Origin: Saprospiraceae bacterium
GTDB taxonomy: Bacteria; Bacteroidota; Bacteroidia; Chitinophagales; Saprospiraceae
Length of the DNA stretch: 64,000 bases
Direction of reading: 5' to 3'
NCBI GenBank assembly: GCA_019694255.1
Contig: JAIBCI010000061.1
Coordinates: 9,952 to 73,951 of the forward strand
Shown here: positions 1 through 8,901 of the stretch, piece by piece
How the letters are laid out: each line of letters starts with the position of its first letter
How positions within the stretch are numbered: position 1 is the stretch's first letter
Translations under genes and position numbers: made by a program
Notes under the pieces: generated by a model
What the model was told of the DNA's origin: nothing
The model's database searches: none
What the model saw: only the letters and a program-made list of their open reading frames with translations

Positions 1-926
1 CGGAGACACAAGCGCGAAATCTTGCGGCCAGCCTGCAAGCTGCAGAGGCAAATCTTGAATCAAGCCGAAATAACTACAGCGCCTCCAATTACCAGATCCG
101 CGATGCCCAGGCGATGCTCAAAGAGACAAACACCAATTTTGAAAGAACCATCATCAAGGCACCTGCCAGTGGCGTAATCAGTAAGCTCAATATCGAAAGG
201 GGCGAACGGGTGGTTGGTACCATTCAAATGACGGGTACTGAAATTATGAGAATTGCTGATCTCAATGCGATGGAGGTGCAGGTCGAAGTGAGTGAAAACG
301 ATATCATCCGCGTCAGCATCGGAGATCCCTCTGTAATTGAAGTCGATGCCTATCCGGGTAAAAAATTTACCGGTCAGGTAACAGAAATTTCCAACAGCGC
401 TTCAAATATTAATTTCGGCACCGCAGCCAGTCTGTCAACTGACCAGGTGACGAAGTTTTTGGTCAAAGTCAGGATTAACAAAGAATCTTACAGTGACCTG
501 ATGAGCACCAACAATTCAATGCCGTTCCGCCCGGGCATGTCCGCCACGGTTGAGATCCGTACAGACAACCGGGAACAGGTCCTCGCGGTGCCCATACAGT
601 GTGTTATTGCATACGATGCCAAGGCAGAAATCAATAAAAAGAAAAAAGAAATCAAAGAGGACCAGAAAAACAATGCAGTCCAAAAAGAAGAAAAAATAGT
701 ACTAGATCAAAATGATTTTCGTGAAGCCGTTTTTGTCAGGATCAACGATACGGTTAGCCGGGTGGATGTAAAGACAGGCATACAGGACGAAAACTATATT
801 GAGATAACCGCCGGGCTCAGCGAAGAAATGGAAGTTGTCACCGGACCTTATTCGGCTATATCCAAGGATTTGAAGTCCGGCAGCAGGGTCAGACTCAAAA
901 AGGATAAAGAAGAAAAGAAAAAATGA
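1..926 (+). CDS. Efflux transporter periplasmic adaptor subunit (HlyD/MacA-type membrane fusion protein), 3' part; the 5' end lies upstream of the window
   Basis: Frame 3 is open from base 3 (ETQARNLAASLQAAEANLESSRNNYSASNYQIRDAQAML, coiled-coil hairpin) to the TGA at 924-926. IIKAPASGVISKLNIERGERV and the following beta-barrel segments are typical of HlyD-family adaptors. The tracked ORF 114..926 is only the Met-initiated tail. Confidence 0.8.
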   Translation, partial: ETQARNLAASLQAAEANLESSRNNYSASNYQIRDAQAMLKETNTNFERTIIKAPASGVISKLNIERGERVVGTIQMTGTEIMRIADLNAMEVQVEVSENDIIRVSIGDPSVIEVDAYPGKKFTGQVTEISNSASNINFGTAASLSTDQVTKFLVKVRINKESYSDLMSTNNSMPFRPGMSATVEIRTDNREQVLAVPIQCVIAYDAKAEINKKKKEIKEDQKNNAVQKEEKIVLDQNDFREAVFVRINDTVSRVDVKTGIQDENYIEITAGLSEEMEVVTGPYSAISKDLKSGSRVRLKKDKEEKKK

Positions 927-1160
927 ATTGGATGTGATAGCCGCTCGTTGTTGGCTTAATCTAAATTAAGGTTCAACTTTTCATCTGATTCTTTCATGGT
1001 GATGAATTGTCAGAATGTACCTATACGTTGTATATGAATTGAATTCTTTTGTTGATTGCTGCTTGATTTATTTTAATGTTTAGTTGGTTAAATCGATTTC
1101 TTCTAGGCGAATTATTATTCTTCGTCAAATTCGCGCAGTGGCGATTACTAAAATAATGAA

Positions 1161-1646
1161 ATGAAACTTCAAATATATTTTCCTGCCTGCACATTGAAAA
1201 ATGTCATCGTAAATAGGCTCATCATCCTACTGACTCTGATCTTCCTAGATACAGTGACAGTCCTTGCACAATACAGTATCTGGCCGATTCTCAGTGGGGT
1301 CAAGTACAAAAAGGTCAGCGATCCGCTGTTGGGCTATGAGGTGGATTATCCTGTATTCAATGATGAGATCAAATCAATTGAAGGCAGACGGGTCAAAGTA
1401 CGTGGCTTTATCGTACCCACCAACGGATACAAAAGTTCAAGGGAGTTTGTACTCTCGGCCTTGCCTGTGAAGAGCTGTTATTTCTGTGGTGGTGCCGGCC
1501 CCGAGACGGTCATTGAGATTAGGGCGAGACAAGATATTCCGGTCACCGCTGAGCGTGTGGAGTTGGAAGGGCGTTTTCGACTAAACAGCGCCGATCTCAA
1601 CCGCCTGATGTTTCAACTGGAAGATGCCATTCTGGTCTCACCCTGA
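1161..1646 (+). CDS. DUF3299-like small secreted protein (commonly found beside MacAB-type efflux genes)
   Basis: 161-aa ORF with an N-terminal hydrophobic signal (LIILLTLIFLDTVTVLAQ). The core GRRVKVRGFIVP...EFVLSALPVKSCYFCGGAGPETVIEI matches my recollection of the DUF3299 pattern. It lies directly downstream of the adaptor gene. Confidence 0.5.
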   Translation: MKLQIYFPACTLKNVIVNRLIILLTLIFLDTVTVLAQYSIWPILSGVKYKKVSDPLLGYEVDYPVFNDEIKSIEGRRVKVRGFIVPTNGYKSSREFVLSALPVKSCYFCGGAGPETVIEIRARQDIPVTAERVELEGRFRLNSADLNRLMFQLEDAILVSP

Positions 1647-1907
1647 TTGCACTGCAGAAATGTTGATTTCGGATGCGTCTGCATCAGAATCAGCCGGCAG
1701 AAATGTTATTGAATAATCCTCAGCGATTCAATACTTTCAAAATGTAGAACACACTTCCACGGAGCCTTTATTGCTACGCTTCCAAATTCCTTAATACAGT
1801 ATCAAAGCCTATATTAAATAAAAACTTTTTATAATTTGTTATACATTGTCTATGTTGATTTTGAATGGCACACCTGGAGAATATTTGGGCATAATGTGCG
1901 CTTGTTT

Positions 1908-1915
1908 TATCTTTG
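1908..1915 (+). promoter_or_regulatory. Candidate Bacteroidota sigma-A -7 box (TATCTTTG = TAnnTTTG)
   Basis: Exact TAnnTTTG match 25 nt upstream of the desaturase ATG at 1941. The motif is short and expected by chance many times in 64 kb, so the support is positional only. Confidence 0.35.
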
Positions 1916-1940
1916 CATTCTTAGTTGAGCAGAGGTAAAT

Positions 1941-2990
1941 ATGAACCAATCGACGGAGCAGGCAGAATTCGCCAAAAGGATCAGGGTGGCCCTGAAGGTA
2001 ATTAAACAATATCAGCGGCCGAATCATCTTAAAGCTACCATTCAGATTATTAATTCTTTCATTCCCTTTATCGGTGTATGGATTCTCATGTACCTGACTT
2101 GGGATTATTCTTTCTGGCTTTGTTTTTTGCTCAGTATTCTTAATGCATTTTTTTTGGTTCGGATTTTTATTATCCAGCACGATTGCGGTCACAAGACATT
2201 CGTCCGCTCCTCAGGCGCACGCAAGGTGATCGGATATGTCTGCAGCCTGTTCAGTTCAATTCCATTCTTCTACTGGGGCAAATCGCATCATTTCCACCAT
2301 AGTCACAATGGGATGCTCGAAGTACGAGACATCGGGGACATCACGACACTCACGGTCGAAGAATACAAAAATTTGAGCCGCTGGGGAAGATTCAAATACA
2401 GATTGTACCGCTCCACATTTGTCATGTTTTTCCTGGGACCCATTTACTATGTCCTGATTCACAACAGACTCCCTCTGATCAAGGAAGAAGGATTTAAGAA
2501 AGAAGAAAAAGGTCTGTGGCTCTATAATGTCTTATATGCCGGACTGATCACAGCACTTTGCTTTTTGCTGGACTGGAAAAAGTTTCTCCTCATTCATGGC
2601 ATGATACTTTCCATGTTTTCTGTGATTGCCATATGGTTCTTTTATATTCAGCATCAACATGAACATGCCTACAAGGAGTGGCGTAACAAATGGGAATATC
2701 TTTATGCTGCTGTCAAGGGAAGTAGCTATTACAAACTTCCAGCGCTACTCAACTGGTTTACAGGTAATATCGCGATTCATCACATTCACCACCTGAATCC
2801 GACAATACCGAATTACAACCTGAAGAAGAGCATGAATGCAATCCTTTGGATCAACAAGTATACCAGTGAAATTAGTATCTGGCAAAGTTTCAGATTGGCG
2901 AGTAATAAATTGTGGGATGAAGCCACAGGTAGAATGATCACTTTCAAAGAGTTTTACAAAATCCAAAACAGACAGCAGGCAACTGCCTAA
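1941..2990 (+). CDS. Membrane-bound fatty acid desaturase family protein
   Basis: 349 aa with the three canonical histidine boxes HDCGH, HHFHHSH and HHIHH, separated by hydrophobic membrane segments. Confidence 0.9.
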   Translation: MNQSTEQAEFAKRIRVALKVIKQYQRPNHLKATIQIINSFIPFIGVWILMYLTWDYSFWLCFLLSILNAFFLVRIFIIQHDCGHKTFVRSSGARKVIGYVCSLFSSIPFFYWGKSHHFHHSHNGMLEVRDIGDITTLTVEEYKNLSRWGRFKYRLYRSTFVMFFLGPIYYVLIHNRLPLIKEEGFKKEEKGLWLYNVLYAGLITALCFLLDWKKFLLIHGMILSMFSVIAIWFFYIQHQHEHAYKEWRNKWEYLYAAVKGSSYYKLPALLNWFTGNIAIHHIHHLNPTIPNYNLKKSMNAILWINKYTSEISIWQSFRLASNKLWDEATGRMITFKEFYKIQNRQQATA

Positions 2991-3331
2991 GCTTCTGAGG
3001 TTCCCTGTTCTCATCTTTATTTGTTCTGCGACTAAAAGAAATTAGTTCTTCTTCGATTCTGATGGCAGGGACAAATGTATCTTGATGTAAAATAACAGAA
3101 TTGATAAGTTGTTAGGGGAAAAAACGATACATGTGCTGCAATAATCTGACATTTAGCTGAGGTCATACAACTCCGTCTTTTGAATGAATGTCACTGCCAG
3201 GCGGCATGTCGTTAGTGCGGCATTATCCAGTCGTAATCACATGATCCTATACTCAGGGAAGCGAAAATCAAAACAAATGAATATTCGATTTTCCCTAAAT
3301 GCCGTTATAAACTACTTTCTATATTATTTGA

Positions 3332-4510
3332 CTATCGGTCGCCCAGTTCTTGTAATATTTGTTCGAGTCCTCCAGTTGGCATTGATTTCTCCCGGGCGAT
3401 ATTTAGACCTTTGGTAGCCTGCTGCTTGGCCTCCTTGTACTTGCCATTCAGCTTAAGAGTATTGGCATAGAGCAAATACTGATTCGGAGTCCCATCCAGT
3501 TTGACTGCCTTTCCTGCGAGCTGTTCGGCCAGCTTTGTCAACTTGCCATTGGTTCTGAAAAAATCAATACACATCTGGGCACTCTGGGTAATCTTGTTGG
3601 CATCCTTGCCGGCCATTTTGGAAACAAAACCTTTGGTGGCTTTTTCAAATTTGGCAGCATCCCCCGTGCGCGCATAATACTCCATGTCGGTGTTGTATTT
3701 GAATTCCAGTGCTTTGGAAGAATGCGATTTCATTTTTTCTTGTGATAGCTTGAGCAAATCCTCATTGCGGTACTCCAGTGACTTCTGAAATGTCTTCATA
3801 CAGCATTGATAGATCTTTGCATCAATGACATTCGGATTTCTGGTTTTTTCATAGAATGCCTTGTTCTGAAGAAAAAGATCAAAGACTTTTGAATCTGCTT
3901 CACGTGCGCCTTCAAAAATAATATCCAGGTTGGCCGGCGTGGTCAGATCCTTTTGTGTAGACAGGTATTCATTGACAACCTTGATGGGTGATTTGCCGGC
4001 CGCATTGAGCGACTTAACGTAGGCCAGCACCGTTTCCGGATCTCTTTTACCCTCATTGAACATTTTCTCATAAGTCGAAGACTTATCGATTTTTTTCATG
4101 ACCTCCTGACCCAGGGCGATAAAATCCTCCGGACCCCGCATTCCTGCAGTCTTGTACACGACCTTGCCATCTCCGTCAATATAGAGTAGCGTAGGATAAG
4201 AACCTACGCCGTAAGTGCCTGCAATTTGAGGCCCTTCATCCTTCTCCATATCCACTTTGATGTTGATGAAATTGGCATTGTAGTAATTGCCTACATTCGG
4301 ATCTGGAAAAGTATTGGCGGACATACGACGGCATGGTCCGCACCAGGTCGTATAAGCATCCATAAAAACCAGTTTGTCTTGTGATTTGGCAAGCGCCAGA
4401 GCCTCCTTAAAAGTACCGTGGAAAAAATTAATTCCGGTGCCTTCCTGGGCCAGCGACTTACCGATTAGACCCATGAAAAGTAATATTGCGGAGGTATGAA
4501 TCATTTTCAT
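3332..4510 (-). CDS. Secreted thioredoxin-fold protein with helical C-terminal domain
   Basis: WCGPC redox motif in a thioredoxin-like N-terminal domain (FMDAYTTWCGPCRRM). I prefer the start at the ATG at 4510 (MKMIHTSAILLFMGLIGKSLAQ, a good signal peptide) over the tracked 4579. The C-terminal half is helical and TPR-like. Confidence 0.8.
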   Translation of the reverse strand: MKMIHTSAILLFMGLIGKSLAQEGTGINFFHGTFKEALALAKSQDKLVFMDAYTTWCGPCRRMSANTFPDPNVGNYYNANFINIKVDMEKDEGPQIAGTYGVGSYPTLLYIDGDGKVVYKTAGMRGPEDFIALGQEVMKKIDKSSTYEKMFNEGKRDPETVLAYVKSLNAAGKSPIKVVNEYLSTQKDLTTPANLDIIFEGAREADSKVFDLFLQNKAFYEKTRNPNVIDAKIYQCCMKTFQKSLEYRNEDLLKLSQEKMKSHSSKALEFKYNTDMEYYARTGDAAKFEKATKGFVSKMAGKDANKITQSAQMCIDFFRTNGKLTKLAEQLAGKAVKLDGTPNQYLLYANTLKLNGKYKEAKQQATKGLNIAREKSMPTGGLEQILQELGDR

Positions 4511-4630
4511 CTGCCAATGCGTTCTGTTGAAAGTAATTAATTTTGTTGCAAAGATCATGCAAATCTTCAAATTAGTCATTTAACGAAAAAATGCCCAATT
4601 TGTTGAATAACCCTGTGCTTAGACCATAAT

Positions 4631-5806
4631 ATGTATCTGCGGAGGCAATTCCTTGAACGCATAGCACCGACGAGCGAGATACCTTCACTCTTCGAGCCTT
4701 CCATTGCTTTGGGCAGCTATTTGTATGATGCGGCAGGCAAAGCCTGGCTAGACCTGGTCTCCGGATTCAGCGTAGCGAATATTGGTCACCGGCATCCGTC
4801 TGTGATTGAAGCCATCCACCTGCAATCGCAAAAATACCTTCACACGACGGTCTATGGTGAACATGTCCAATCGGTACAGGTAAAACTCGCCGAACTGCTC
4901 TGTCAATTGCTGCCGGCATCACTGAATGCAGTGTACTTCCTCAACAGCGGCAGTGAAGCGATTGATGCGTCAATCAAATTGGCGCGCCGTGCGACGGGCC
5001 GAAATGAGATCGTGGTCTGCACCAATGGATATCACGGGAGCACCCTGGGTGCCGAGTCTCTGCGAAGCGACAGCCACGGACAGCCCTTCCGGCCATTGGT
5101 GCCTGGGATAAGGTTCATTGCGCCCAACGAGCCCAGGGAATTGGCCCATATCACAAATCGCACCGCCCTGGTCATCACGGAGGTGGTTCAGGCAGAAGCC
5201 GGAGTTTTAGCTCTGACGGGTGATTTTCTGCGAGGGCTTCGCGAGCAATGCACCCGCACCGGATCACTCCTGGTTTTGGACGAGGTCCAGACCGGATTGG
5301 GCCGGACCGGACATTTGTTTGCCTTTCAGAAACACGGTGTCATACCTGACATTCTTGTCCTTGGCAAGGCCCTTGGCGCGGGACTTCCGCTCAGCGCCAT
5401 CATCTCGGGGAGAGATCTGCTGCGGACCTTTACGAGCAATCCTGCGCTTGGATATATCAGCACTTTCGGAGGACACCCCCTGAGTTGTGCGGCGGCGCTC
5501 GCCGGTCTTAAGGCTTTGCTCGAAGAGCAGCTGACCGAGAGGGTATCTTCACTGGAAGCGATTATTAAGAACAGCCTCTCGACGATTCCCGGTCTCACGC
5601 TGAGAAGTGAAGGACTGCTCATCGCGGTGGAACTTGGAAGTCAGGAAAGCTTATGGCAAATCCTCAATTCCTTGTACAGGCAGCACATCCTGGCAGAAGG
5701 ATTTCTCTTTGCCCCTTCCGCCATGCGGATTGCTCCACCCCTCAGCATCGAAGAATCAGCGCTCCAAGAGGCGGTGGAGGTGATTGTGCGGGATATCAAG
5801 GAGTAA
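4631..5806 (+). CDS. Class III PLP-dependent aminotransferase (acetylornithine/aspartate aminotransferase family)
   Basis: 391 aa. It has GSEAIDASIKLAR, LVLDEVQTGLGRTG and the PLP-lysine context VLGKALGAG, all typical of class III aminotransferases. Confidence 0.9.
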   Translation: MYLRRQFLERIAPTSEIPSLFEPSIALGSYLYDAAGKAWLDLVSGFSVANIGHRHPSVIEAIHLQSQKYLHTTVYGEHVQSVQVKLAELLCQLLPASLNAVYFLNSGSEAIDASIKLARRATGRNEIVVCTNGYHGSTLGAESLRSDSHGQPFRPLVPGIRFIAPNEPRELAHITNRTALVITEVVQAEAGVLALTGDFLRGLREQCTRTGSLLVLDEVQTGLGRTGHLFAFQKHGVIPDILVLGKALGAGLPLSAIISGRDLLRTFTSNPALGYISTFGGHPLSCAAALAGLKALLEEQLTERVSSLEAIIKNSLSTIPGLTLRSEGLLIAVELGSQESLWQILNSLYRQHILAEGFLFAPSAMRIAPPLSIEESALQEAVEVIVRDIKE

Positions 5807-5827
5807 TTATTTACAAAGCAAATTATT

Positions 5828-7276
5828 ATGAAAACACTTTCTATCATTAAACGAATGAAGTATATATCAATTACAATTTTAGTGATGATATATTCATTCG
5901 GTTTCGCTCAAAAAGTTGTACTCCAACCCGGTGGTAATGAAGGTTTGGATGCATCTGTTTTTTCATTGGAACCGGATGCTAACTATGGAATATACTCTGA
6001 TTTTATTGCCTTTGATTGGACCTTTTTTGGTGAGCGAGGCTATGGCAAATCATTTATAAAGTTTGATCTTGATAATTTACCAAAAAACATAGAGATTACT
6101 TCTGCCAAATTATCACTCTTCTATTCGACTTCAACCAATCAAGGCCAGGCTGGTGAAAATGCCTGCTTTCTAAAAAAAGTACTTTCAAATTGGTCGGAAG
6201 ATGAGATAACCTGGAATAACCAGCCCAAAGTCTCCGACAATGAATTTATCTATTTAAGAAAGTCAACTATATCATCCGAAGATTATCTAGACATTGATAT
6301 TACCGATCTTGCGCAATTCTGGGTTAAAAATCCAGATAAGAACTTTGGACTCTCCATGGAACTTGAAAATAGTGTTCTTTTTAGTAGTTTGAAATTTTTT
6401 TCGAGTGATGGTCCATTTTCTGGATTAAGACCAAAACTAATTATTGAATACACTTCCAAACCCGAAAAAGTGGATTGTTTTAGTTTTCAGCCTGATGGCA
6501 ATTCAGGAATTGATGCTTTTGCGTTTGAATTAGAGCCAAATACAAACTATGGCGATTATCCCGATTTGATAAGTTTCTTCTGGAGTTTCTTTGGCGTCAA
6601 CGGGCACGGTGCGTCCTTAATAAAATTTGATTTAGATTCGCTTCCAAAAAACAGAGAAATTTACTCAGCAAGTCTGGATTTAAAGTATAATCCTAATTCA
6701 ACAAACAGTGGCTAGGCAGGTGAAAACGCTTCAAACATTTTTCTAATTTCCGAAAACTGGAATGAGAGCTTTGTAAACTGGAACAGTCTTCCATTATATG
6801 ATAAAAATGATTATATAATTTTACCAACTTCTGACTTTCCAAACCAGGACTACTTGAATATTAATATTACAAAATTTGCAAAATTTTGGTATGAGAATCC
6901 TTCAAAGAATTTTGGAGCACTATTGAAACTGAGAAATGAAATTCTTTACAGCAGCTTAAAATTCAGCTCAAGCGATCACCCAAATCCATTATTTAGGCCT
7001 AAACTTACAATTTGCTTTAGGACTAATACTGATACCCATGATCCTCAACAAGAAGCCTCCACCAATGAAGCGATAGTATTCAGCAATGATTTCGAAATAA
7101 CTGAATTAATCGATAACGAACTTGAAGTATTTGACATCTCCGGGAAGAAAGTCTGCACAATCCTCCGAAATCCTTTGGGTCAAACTAAAGGCTTATCATT
7201 GTTAGTCAGTGGTTCTTACATCGGCATGATTAAAAATAAAATGCATGTTAAATACATCCGACTCATCCGCTACTAA
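5828..7276 (+). pseudogene. Tandem DNRLRE-domain protein with T9SS C-terminal domain, interrupted by one in-frame TAG (6713-6715)
   Basis: ORFs 5828..6715 and 6854..7276 are in the same frame, and 6716-6853 has no further stop. Translation across the stop continues the second DNRLRE repeat (NPNSTNSG*AGENASNIFLISENWNESFVNWN versus STNQGQAGENACFLKKVLSNWSEDEITWN in repeat 1). It has a signal peptide at the N-terminus and a Por-type tail at the C-terminus. Confidence 0.6.
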
Positions 7277-7619
7277 TCAGTATGCCCTGACATCCTTCTT
7301 TTCCATGAAATTGATATAGGCATTATTCAACACACGGAATCCGCCAGGTATGGGATAATCGCCAGAGAAATACCAGTCCCCGCGATGATCAGGACAGGCG
7401 CGATGCAAACCTTCAAGAAGTGATTAATGGCTTTTAGGCTGTTTTGCATAAGTAGGATTAATTCTGAAGGAGGAACTGATTGTTGCCTTAGAGAAAACGA
7501 AAGATAGGAAAGTGGTCGTTGGCGAAATAGGGACCCATCACTCGGGATATTTGGGATGTCAGGATACTTATTATTTATGCAATATCGTATCCGTCCGACG
7601 AAGTGCCATAAACGATATG

Positions 7620-7780
7620 AGCTGTCCAATAATGCGGCAACAGTTCAGAGATTCAATTGATGGGATGGTCTTTTAATAGGGTTAAAATATTTTTAGCCAT
7701 TCATAGGGATTGATATTATTAATCTGGTAGGTTCCGAATAAGGAATAGATCATTGCAGCTCTTTGGGCCGGAGTATCCAA
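7620..7780 (-). mobile_element. Relic of the 3' end of an IS66-family transposase gene (5'-truncated, one frameshift, one stop)
   Basis: The minus-strand translation reads LDTPAQRAAMIYSLFGTYQINNINPYEWLK. After a +1 shift it continues NILTLLKDHPIN*ISELLPHYW. This matches the conserved C-terminus of IS66 transposases (...AAxIYSLxxTCKLNxxNPYEWLKDVLxxIPxHPxNxIxELLPxNW). No upstream transposase body is present. Confidence 0.6.
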
Positions 7781-7941
7781 ATATAAAACAATAAGCAGAA
7801 TCCTTACTGCTAATGTAATCAACTCGATAACATGCATCGCCAACGTATGGCTATTAGTTCCTTAGGAGCGGAACTATTGAAGCAGTAACATTGTATTATG
7901 CTAAAAAGCCCCTTATTGTCGAAATTATTACTTACAATAAT

Positions 7942-7974
7942 CTATTCAGGCACCATTGTTTCAAACCTGAATAG
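7942..7974 (-). terminator. Hairpin downstream of the LytTR regulator gene (possible terminator)
   Basis: Perfect 9-bp inverted repeat CTATTCAGG (7942-7950) / CCTGAATAG (7966-7974) with a 15-nt loop, about 40 nt past the stop of 8011..8706(-). The U-tract is weak. Confidence 0.35.
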
Positions 7975-8010
7975 CTTTGTTGTCTCTGAATCAACATTAA
8001 GAATAGGGTA

Positions 8011-8706
8011 TTACTTATTCGCAAGATACTGCAAAAGTTCCTTTTTGTACTTCATGCTGATTGGCAACCTGTGGTCTTTGATCCTCACTTCTTCCGTTGT
8101 AGCCGACTCGATCTTTTCCAGGTTGACAATATAGGATCGGTGTATCTTCATAAAATTGGGAGGTAGTCGCGATTCTGTTTCCTTCAGGGTACTCAGATTC
8201 ATGATTGTCCGCTCGTTAGTGACAAATGCGACATAATTTTCTTCGGCACGGATAAACAAAAGATTGCCATAGGTCACTTTTGTAAACTTATTACCGTCCT
8301 TAACATAGAAGCTCTCTTCGTTAGCGGGAACCATTGAATTAGATTCATTGCCGCCTTGAGATACCCTCTCAATGGCTTTAGTAAATCTATCAAAATTGAG
8401 TGGTTTGACCAGAAAGTCATAGATCTCATCATATTCGAATGCCGTGACGGCAAAGTCTTTCTCCGCGGTAATCATAATGATGGGAATCTTCTGAGAATTA
8501 ATCTCAAGAATTGCATGCCCGGTCATGTCAGGCAAGTGATAGTCCAGTAATAACACGTCAAATTTTTGACTGGCCAGGAGCTGCAAGCCGTCCCGACCCG
8601 TACCGGCGGTCAGGCAATAGTCGATCTGAGGCATTTTGGAGCAGAAATGCCTAACGAGGTCACAAATCATTGGATCGTCATCGATTACCAGACACTTCAG
8701 TTTCAT
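8011..8706 (-). CDS. LytTR-family two-component response regulator (REC + LytTR DNA-binding domain)
   Basis: 231 aa. The receiver has an acidic pocket (VIDDD), the phospho-acceptor context VLLLDYHLPDM, and conserved T (IIMITA) and K (FLVKP). The C-terminal LytTR domain reads NLLFIRAEENYVAFVT...FMKIHRSYIVNL. Confidence 0.9.
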   Translation of the reverse strand: MKLKCLVIDDDPMICDLVRHFCSKMPQIDYCLTAGTGRDGLQLLASQKFDVLLLDYHLPDMTGHAILEINSQKIPIIMITAEKDFAVTAFEYDEIYDFLVKPLNFDRFTKAIERVSQGGNESNSMVPANEESFYVKDGNKFTKVTYGNLLFIRAEENYVAFVTNERTIMNLSTLKETESRLPPNFMKIHRSYIVNLEKIESATTEEVRIKDHRLPISMKYKKELLQYLANK

Positions 8707-8901
8707 ACACCAAAATTAATCATTGGCTCTTCAACTCTATAATAATTCATTGTTCTTGCGTCTTCTGTATCATTTCCACGCATCATTTGGTTAAATAAAC
8801 ATTAAAAAAAATAACTATTATGTTGATTAATTGTTAAATATAAATATATATAATTATAATATATAATACAACTTCTATCAACAATAGTATTCCTATTATT
8901 T

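Noticed and set aside
3184-3417. 77-aa plus-strand ORF in the desaturase / thioredoxin convergent gap
   Set aside because: It overlaps the 3' end of the well-supported thioredoxin-like gene on the other strand and has low-complexity composition.
6713-6715. TAG reassigned as a sense (Gln) codon, as in some Bacteroidota phages
   Set aside because: TAG clearly terminates other well-supported genes in the window: the SET gene at 16844-16846, the S8 peptidase at 20025-20027 and the beta-helix gene at 28845-28847. The standard code applies, so a nonsense mutation or sequencing error is the simpler reading.
7327-7629. 100-aa minus-strand ORF downstream of the IS66 fragment
   Set aside because: It has no motif and sits in the decayed IS/spacer region directly after the frameshifted transposase tail. 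It is most likely non-coding remnant sequence.
8821-8880. Repetitive TA-rich tract that could superficially resemble a repeat array
   Set aside because: It is simple A/T low complexity with no repeat-spacer periodicity. No CRISPR-like array was seen anywhere in the window.
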